A stretch of 64,000 bases of DNA from an uncultured Candidatus Bathyarchaeia archaeon. GTDB lineage: Archaea > Thermoproteota > Bathyarchaeia > 40CM-2-53-6. Positions 57,585-64,000 of this stretch are shown in pieces. Under the pieces are notes generated by a model. That model searched no databases, was not told the DNA's origin, and was given only the letters and a program-made list of their open reading frames with translations. Every line of letters begins with the position of its first letter. Positions within the stretch are counted from its first letter, which is position 1. The stretch is from assembly GCA_964598845.1 (NCBI GenBank), contig CAZRDM010000006.1, positions 38,049 to 102,048 of the forward strand, read 5' to 3'. The translations under genes and the position numbers were made by a program.

Positions 57585-58415
57585 TCATCCGTGCGGGAGT
57601 AAGAGGGCCATGCCCATCACCAGCGAAAAGCCCAGAGCCATTGAGACGACGACCATCGGGCTCCTCGCTTCATGCTGAAGCTCCGGGACGAGGTCGGCGG
57701 CTGAGACATAGATGAACGTCCCAGCTGACAGTCCCAGACCTAGCGGGATTACAAAGTTACCCAATCCAACAAACAAGATACCTACGGCTATTCCGACGGG
57801 AGTGTCTGCTGCGGTTGCGAGGACGTAAAGCATAGCTTGCTTCTTCGTTTCGGTGCTTCCCAGAGCTAAGGATAGGGCGGCGAATGAGTCTGGGATCTGG
57901 TGAATGGCCACGGCCAACGTAACAATAAGACCTACCTCAGGACCTGCTGTGAAGCCCACTGGAATAACGAAGCCGTCCATGAATCCGTGAAATGTCAGTG
58001 CGCTGACTCCCATTAAGCCATGTCTCGGGTCGAGTGGTTTCCCGTGTATGTGGAAGTGCCCGCCATGAATCTCTTGGGTCGTCAGCAGATACCTCTCCAC
58101 GATGAGGAGAATGAAGAATCCAACTCCGATGCCTGAGGGAACATAGATTGAAAGTAAGGATAACTCCTCAGCGATGGAGAATGCTTCAGGAAGAATGTCC
58201 ACAAACGTGACTCCACCCAGGATTCCAGCACTGAAACCGAGCATGAGGTGCAGGACTCCTTCGCTGATCTTCACTTTCATGAATGGGAGTATAGCGATGA
58301 TGAGCGGCGTCGCGAAAGTGATCAGAGCCCAGTACACTAGGTCCCAGATCGATACCATGAAAAGCCGCTCTATCCCTACAAGCACCCGCAACATGCGTAA
58401 AAATCTCTTGGGCAA
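57585..58415 (-). CDS. ZIP-family divalent metal (zinc) transporter
   Basis: 8 TM helices and the conserved AIHQIPDSFAA metal-binding helix. Confidence 0.7.
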   Translation of the reverse strand: MPKRFLRMLRVLVGIERLFMVSIWDLVYWALITFATPLIIAILPFMKVKISEGVLHLMLGFSAGILGGVTFVDILPEAFSIAEELSLLSIYVPSGIGVGFFILLIVERYLLTTQEIHGGHFHIHGKPLDPRHGLMGVSALTFHGFMDGFVIPVGFTAGPEVGLIVTLAVAIHQIPDSFAALSLALGSTETKKQAMLYVLATAADTPVGIAVGILFVGLGNFVIPLGLGLSAGTFIYVSAADLVPELQHEARSPMVVVSMALGFSLVMGMALLLPHG

Positions 58416-58489
58416 GCAGGGACTGGTGACTTGCTATGTCCCGAAAGGACTCGTTTCAACGCTTATGATTGATATCTATCAGAATTGAG

Positions 58490-58950
58490 ACAACTCGGAG
58501 AGGAGAGATTGGCTTCACAAATCGAAGAGAGCTTCATTGATGTCCACCTCCGTCCGCCTACCAAGGAGTTTCCGATCGACGCTGGAGGCGCATATTTTGA
58601 GGCAGCGTCAAGCTCCGCTATTCTGATCCAATGTTGATGGATGATGTTGCTGCCGACTTCCCAGACTTGAAACTGATCATCGCGCATCCGGGATGGCCTA
58701 GCAGGACGGGCAATTGGCCTTTGCACAAGGAGAATGTATGCATCCACCTCTCTGGCTAGTCGCCGAAGTATTTCCAACCACTCCTCGTCACATACATGAC
58801 GGAACTGATTCCGCAAAAATTCCTTCTTGGAACCAACTACCCTATGCTTACTCCGCGGCGTTGGCTTCAGGGCTTTTACAGCCTACAGCTTAGCGACGAC
58901 GTCAGAACGATGATCCGGAGGGAAAATGCTCGGAGATTACTGAGACTGTA
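58490..58950 (+). pseudogene. amidohydrolase-2 (TIM-barrel metal-dependent hydrolase) C-terminal part, multiply frameshifted
   Basis: three consecutive frames give IDVHLRPPTKEFPIDAGG / DDVAADFPDLKLIIAHPGWP..NVCIHLSG / KFLLGTNYPMLTPRRWLQGF..IRRENARRLLRL, which together match the C-terminal half of the amidohydrolase_2 family. Confidence 0.45.
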
Positions 58951-58999
58951 GTTGACAACCTAGAACTCGCCGAGCTCTTTCGCAGTTGCGATGTACACT

Positions 59000-60304
59000 T
59001 CAGTTGCTAGACTGTAGAATGGAACTGTAAGCGTCGATGTCGAGAAAGCCATGTCCGCTTATGTTTACAAGAATGCATTTCTCTTCACCCTTTGCCTCCG
59101 CAACCTTCGCTTCGTCTACCGCTGCCTTGACGGCGTGAGCTGATTCTCCTGCAATTAACCATCCCTCCGCCTCAAGGAATAGTCTTGCTGCAGAAAAGAC
59201 GACGACCTCATCTTTAGGAAAGGCGACAGCTCTCACATGTCCATCGTGTTTCAGTGCACTTATGATCGGAGCCGCCGCATGATACCGCAGACCGTCAGAC
59301 CGTATCGGAGGCATCACCGTGTCATGGCCGAGTGTGTACATCATCATTAGCGGCGTGTGGCCAGCAGCATCACCGAAATCATACCGATACTCGCCTCTTA
59401 CCAGGTTGGGCGCTGCTTCCGATTGAGCAGCTAGGAATTCACACCGTCTCTTCCCCGCCAGAACCTCTCCAACAAATGGAAGCGCGATACCTCCGAAATT
59501 TGAGCCCCCTCCAAGGCAACCGACAATCAGATCAGGCGAGTCCGATACCTGCTCGAATTGCTTGATCGCCTCAAGCCCGATAATCGATTGATGTATCAGA
59601 ACGTGATTTAGCACGGAACCCAAACAGTAAACTCGATCGGGTGAGCCATCAGTATACTCGAGACCTTCCGAGACTGCTATACCGAGAGACCCCGGATGAT
59701 CCGCGTCTTCCTCAAGCAGTTTCCTTCCGAATGAGGTTTCCGCACTTGGTGACGCATTGACCGTAGCCCCATACATTTCCATGAGCGTCCGGCGTTGAGC
59801 TTTCCAGTTGTAGACAGCTCTCACCCAAAAGATAACGGTTGAAAGCCCCATCAAGCGGGCCGCGTAGGCAAGGGCGGTTCCCCACTGCCCTGCGCCCGTT
59901 TCCGTGACAAGGACCTTCTTGCCCTCCTTTGCTGCGTAGTACGCCTGCGCGAGTGCCGTGTTCACCTTGTGTGAACCTGTTGGACTTAGATCCTCTCTCT
60001 TGTAGTAGATTCTGACCTTCCTGAGTCCCAATTTCTCTTCAAGTCGATAAGCCCTGTAAAGCGGCCTTGGCCTGCCCGCTTGAATGTAAAGTTCCCTTAT
60101 GCCTTCAGGGATGTCGATCCACCTTGACTCAGAGGATTCCTGTCTGAGACATTCACGAATCATCCTCCTACCCAATCCTTCCAGCCTCGACTCACCTTCT
60201 GGAGGATCTTTAGCGGATGGAAGAGGGATCGGCAAATCAGGTGTTACGTTATACCACTTGGTTGGAAGTTCATCAACCGGGAGCGATATCTGTGCCTGCT
60301 TCAA
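59000..60304 (-). CDS. tryptophan synthase beta-like PLP enzyme, TrpB2 type
   Basis: PLP-lysine motif EDLSPTGSHKVNTALAQ, length 434 aa with the TrpB2 N-terminal extension and a C-terminal GGGSN-like region. Confidence 0.8.
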   Translation of the reverse strand: MKQAQISLPVDELPTKWYNVTPDLPIPLPSAKDPPEGESRLEGLGRRMIRECLRQESSESRWIDIPEGIRELYIQAGRPRPLYRAYRLEEKLGLRKVRIYYKREDLSPTGSHKVNTALAQAYYAAKEGKKVLVTETGAGQWGTALAYAARLMGLSTVIFWVRAVYNWKAQRRTLMEMYGATVNASPSAETSFGRKLLEEDADHPGSLGIAVSEGLEYTDGSPDRVYCLGSVLNHVLIHQSIIGLEAIKQFEQVSDSPDLIVGCLGGGSNFGGIALPFVGEVLAGKRRCEFLAAQSEAAPNLVRGEYRYDFGDAAGHTPLMMMYTLGHDTVMPPIRSDGLRYHAAAPIISALKHDGHVRAVAFPKDEVVVFSAARLFLEAEGWLIAGESAHAVKAAVDEAKVAEAKGEEKCILVNISGHGFLDIDAYSSILQSSN

Positions 60305-60701
60305 GAATTCGCCCTGCTATGGCGGGGATGAGCCATACTACGTGCATAAAACCTTCACCGGAGAAACGGGTGGCGGAGAGGACGTACGGATAAAGCTGCT
60401 AGTCATCCGCTACCGACGTCACAAGGAACCAATAGATGCCGACCAACAACTCCTGGAAAGGATGCTTCGAAAGTATGAAACCCTCAACAGGGGAAAGACC
60501 AAGACCCGACTTCATCTCCGAGTGGTTGGAAGCGCAGCAAACCGCAAGCTGCGACGTACTCCCTAAAGGATGTGCTCTGTAACCATTCTTCTCATTTGCT
60601 CTTGTTCTGTCGTTGCGAACTCCGAGAAGTCACGGAGGATCGAGCGTCTTATAATGACACCCTGTTCACAAGACAAGTTCTGAGAGACACCGGGGAGCCG
60701 A

Positions 60702-61997
60702 ATGGGATTCTGGACTGAGTGGCTAAGACTCCAGAGGAGCCAGTGGTTCAATCGAAGGCGTCTTGAGCGTTTGCAACTGAAGGCTCTGCGACAAGTGGTT
60801 CGCCACGCATATTCCACAATCCCGTTCTATCGCAAGCTATACAGATCTGCATCGATCGACCCGTCCGATTTGAACTCATTCGACGACCTTGCTCGGTTTC
60901 CGACCGTTTCGAAGGAGGAGTTTAGAGCCACTCCGATTGAGGAGAGGCTTTCGAGCGAGTTCTCCGCCAGCGAATGTTTTAGAAGAAGAACATCTGGGTC
61001 CACCGGTCAGCCCATGGAAATACTCTATGAACCAAGAGCCGTCGATGTCATGCGAGCGTACCAGCTCCGAAGGATACTGTCCTATGGATTCATGCCGTGG
61101 GAGAAAATTGCCATGCTTGATCCCCGTAGGGTGGACAAACCTTCTAAGGGCCATGCGTATCGGAGCGAGTTCACGAGATTTCTTCCTGGCGGAGGCCTAT
61201 ACGAGGTTCCCATGCTGTCTCCAAGCGAACAGATCGATGCAATACGCAAATTGAGACCGAGAGGTATTTGGGCACTCCCGTCCGCGTTGCGCTCTCTCGG
61301 AACTCTTATCGACTCAGAGGATCTGGCGCATTTCGATCTTCGGGCAATTCTCAGTATGGGCGAACTGCTAGACATGAGAACGCGAAAACTTGTTGAATCA
61401 AGATTCGGTGCGCCTATCTTCGACGGATACGGGACAGTGGATACAGCGTCTTTCGGCCTAGCATGGGAATGCAGAGAGCACGGTTTTCACATCAACGCTG
61501 ACTGCGCCATGCTCGAATTCCTTAGGGATGAAGAGCCGGTCTCCGTCGGTGAACGAGGTGAGATTGTTGCAACGGCACTTTTCCGATTCGCCATGCCTGC
61601 CATTCGATACAAGGTTCAAGACTATGCTGTTCCCACCGACGAAATCTGTAATTGCGGAAGGAACTTTCCATTGCTCAAAGCCTTGGAGGGCAGAAAAGTA
61701 GACTGCCTCGTCGCAGAGTCCGGAGAGTTGGTTTCTCCCTTTAGAGTAATAGTTGCTCTTGAAGAGATTGAGGAGGTAGGTCGATATCAGATTGTGCAGG
61801 AAGAACGTGATCATGTAGTGGTAAATATTGAGGCGCTCTCACCAATTCCAAGCGAAACCGTCGAGAAGACCGTTCGTGTTTGCAGATCGCTTGTCGGCGC
61901 TAGCGTGCGTATCACTGTGAACACCGTCTCCGCAATCATTCATGAGCCCGGAAGAAAATTCCAGCCCGTAATCTGTAAGGTTCAAGAAACCCCATGA
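60702..61997 (+). CDS. PaaK/CapK-family adenylate-forming ligase (second copy)
   Basis: YSTIPFYRKLY, TVSKEEF, AMP-binding P-loop-like RRTSGSTGQPMEI. Confidence 0.7.
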   Translation: MGFWTEWLRLQRSQWFNRRRLERLQLKALRQVVRHAYSTIPFYRKLYRSASIDPSDLNSFDDLARFPTVSKEEFRATPIEERLSSEFSASECFRRRTSGSTGQPMEILYEPRAVDVMRAYQLRRILSYGFMPWEKIAMLDPRRVDKPSKGHAYRSEFTRFLPGGGLYEVPMLSPSEQIDAIRKLRPRGIWALPSALRSLGTLIDSEDLAHFDLRAILSMGELLDMRTRKLVESRFGAPIFDGYGTVDTASFGLAWECREHGFHINADCAMLEFLRDEEPVSVGERGEIVATALFRFAMPAIRYKVQDYAVPTDEICNCGRNFPLLKALEGRKVDCLVAESGELVSPFRVIVALEEIEEVGRYQIVQEERDHVVVNIEALSPIPSETVEKTVRVCRSLVGASVRITVNTVSAIIHEPGRKFQPVICKVQETP

Positions 61998-62435
61998 TCG
62001 TTTGCCAGCGCAATTGGGGCGCTGGAGACTCGGTCTACTTCGTCATTTCTGATTCGTAGATGGGAAGGCATGGAGAGCGCTCTCACCGAAAGAAGATAGG
62101 ATACATTCAGGCGCACGCCCTGCGAGAAGAAGGATGTTTGAGGGGTATCCCGTTGGAAGAGGTTGAAGAAGTGATCAGGAAGGGAACGAAATGGGGAGAG
62201 GACAATATGAAAAAGGGAGCTGGGTGCCCTGGGTGCAAAAGCCTTCTTCACGTTGGGGAAAACGTCGTAAGATGGAAGGGACGCTTGCTAGCACCCAGAG
62301 GGAACCTTGGGGTTGCGGACTGAGAGAGACATACCGACGTCAGCTGAACAAGACCAATGCTCGAAGCGTTGACCCCAGGTGTTGATCTCCACTCCATGTA
62401 GTATCAGATCGTGGACCGTCAACCAACTGCAGCAC

Positions 62436-63371
62436 TTACTTATCTTGGGTAAGAGACTCCGTCGGTTTCTCTGCTGTACATAGTATGGTATCTCTAAACG
62501 ATGGATAGACCATTGATACTGATAAGTACAGGAACTTTGCCAATCTTGGGTATCTCGATGTCGTCTTTGCCATACTATTGACAAGCCTAATTTGGATCTT
62601 CGAAAAGCGACAGGCAGAGAGGATGCTGAAAATCTCTGCGGAAGTGTATTCATGAAGATGCCCAAAGCCGACGTCGCTTCTCAGCCAGCCTTCAGGTGCC
62701 GGTTTGGTAGGCGCCAAACAACTTTTCCCAAATAGAAGTCGGATTCTGTTGTAAAGTGAACTAAGATTGGGAGTTGTCAAAAAGAGGTAGCCTCCACGTC
62801 GCAGGACCCTTCTGATCTCTCTGAGGCAGCTGATAGGCTCGGAGAGATGTTCTAGCACGTCGCAGAACAGAACCGCATCAAACCAATCGTCCGAGTATGG
62901 GAAGCCGTCGCATACATCATGGGTCCTGAAATCTATACTCTCCATCCGAAATCTCTCTTCCAAATACTTGGTCTTCGGATTCGCAATGTCGATGGCTTGC
63001 AAGTCATATCCTAAGCCTTTAAGCACAATTGCGATGTGTCCGTACAAAGCCCCTATGTCCAGCACACGTTCTATGCCTGTGCGCTTCCCGAATTCCTCCA
63101 GCACCTCGGCGTATCTGTGGACATGACTGTGCAGGTAGGCCTTTTCTCGCTCGCAGAAGGTGCTTGGAAGTCCTCTTGACCACATCTCTAGGCGTGGACC
63201 GAGGACGCTCAAGATGTATTGCTCTCTTCTCAACGTCATCACCACGATCTTACAGATATCCTCAAGTAGAAAGATCGATGAATAGCGCTCATAAGTGCGT
63301 ACTACTTGACACTCATATCCGGCTCGGGCTTCAGCTTCTAGTCCCCAGTGAACAAACTTACTCGGCTTCAT
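62436..63371 (-). CDS. class I SAM-dependent methyltransferase (type 11/12)
   Basis: VLDIGALYGHIAIVL, AIDI, FDAVLFCDVLEHL. Confidence 0.7.
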   Translation of the reverse strand: MKPSKFVHWGLEAEARAGYECQVVRTYERYSSIFLLEDICKIVVMTLRREQYILSVLGPRLEMWSRGLPSTFCEREKAYLHSHVHRYAEVLEEFGKRTGIERVLDIGALYGHIAIVLKGLGYDLQAIDIANPKTKYLEERFRMESIDFRTHDVCDGFPYSDDWFDAVLFCDVLEHLSEPISCLREIRRVLRRGGYLFLTTPNLSSLYNRIRLLFGKSCLAPTKPAPEGWLRSDVGFGHLHEYTSAEIFSILSACRFSKIQIRLVNSMAKTTSRYPRLAKFLYLSVSMVYPSFRDTILCTAEKPTESLTQDK

Positions 63372-63978
63372 CGAGACTCGAACGTTGACTCATTCCTCTC
63401 GCGTGCTCACGAGACTGGAGTTTGTGCCTTATGATCTCTAGCAATTGAGTTAGACTGAAGTTCAATATATCGTCTTTCTGTTTGATGATGTTCTCCGTTA
63501 CCAACGGACCTGCAATTCGATCCAAGAGGTGATTCATCGCGACGGACAGCCCCTGCGTGACATAGAAATTCTCCTCGCTCAGCTGGAATACGAGCGGCAC
63601 GACAAGTCTGAATCGCTGGTATAGGTCCAAGACAGCCCATCGCTCAGACAGATCTCTTCTGTGTATCGCACTCAGGACTTCTTCCTCAAGTTCCATAAAT
63701 GTTTGCCACACTATTTGGCCTTCAGGGACGAATAGTGGCTCCGGTGGGAACAGCAGAGATCTTGCGGACGTCGGCACCCGACCGCTCTCGACCGCGTTTC
63801 TACAGTACTCTGATTTGAGTACGGAGTGAAGCGCCTTGGTGGCGACATCCTCTTCAACGATCTTTTGGAGAAAAGTGTAGAAGTTTTCGATTATTGTTTC
63901 ATCTGTTGTCAGTACCAGGAACATATAAGGCGTAACGGCAGTAGTCAGGTCTCTCCATCTGTTCAAATGATCGAGCAA
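63358..63978 (-). CDS. hypothetical protein
   Basis: 206 aa ORF near the window end; no motif recognised. Confidence 0.4.
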   Translation of the reverse strand: MLDHLNRWRDLTTAVTPYMFLVLTTDETIIENFYTFLQKIVEEDVATKALHSVLKSEYCRNAVESGRVPTSARSLLFPPEPLFVPEGQIVWQTFMELEEEVLSAIHRRDLSERWAVLDLYQRFRLVVPLVFQLSEENFYVTQGLSVAMNHLLDRIAGPLVTENIIKQKDDILNFSLTQLLEIIRHKLQSREHARGMSQRSSLDEAE

Positions 63979-64000
63979 TGACTCCTGATCGAGCTCTCCT

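Noticed and set aside
60099-60566. 155 aa plus-strand ORF
   Set aside because: The 5' two-thirds are antisense to the well-supported TrpB2 gene. The remainder has no motif, although a short real peptide in the 60305-60560 intergenic gap cannot be excluded.
1-64000. CRISPR arrays, rRNA genes, IS elements or integrases
   Set aside because: No regularly spaced direct repeats, no rRNA-like segments and no transposase or integrase motifs were found by eye. A computational repeat finder would be needed to be certain about short arrays.

Overview
This 64 kb window looks like an archaeal chromosomal segment of about 50% GC. Archaeal markers include transcription factor S, an Hjc-type resolvase, a Dpo4/DinB polymerase, archaeal-type PGK, inositol-3-phosphate synthase and oligo-T terminators. 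Three of the four tRNA genes carry multiple introns at non-canonical positions (D-loop, anticodon stem, variable region, T-loop). That pattern points to a TACK/Thermoproteota-type archaeon, possibly Aigarchaeota-like. Gene density is high, mostly housekeeping and transport. The outstanding locus is a compact eukaryote-type ubiquitin-modification operon at about 40.2-44.7 kb. It encodes a membrane-anchored zinc-ribbon/B-box (RING-like) protein, a JAMM/MPN+ (Rpn11-like) metalloprotease with a large C-terminal transmembrane/Ig-like extension, a ubiquitin-like protein ending in Gly-Gly, a UBC-fold E2, and a ThiF/MoeB-type E1 with CxxC zinc motifs and an N-terminal Ub-like domain. Zinc-finger paralogs and an AbrB-like regulator sit nearby. 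Several genes in the window appear inactivated: a VapC PIN toxin split by a frameshift, a beta-propeller protein interrupted by an in-frame TAA, two acyl-CoA dehydrogenase remnants and a frameshifted amidohydrolase. Two PaaK/CapK-like adenylate-forming ligases, one followed by a GNAT, and a putative PD-(D/E)xK nuclease gene with a wHTH partner are also present. No CRISPR array, rRNA or obvious IS element was seen. All functional calls rest on motifs recognised by eye, and coordinates of starts are approximate.
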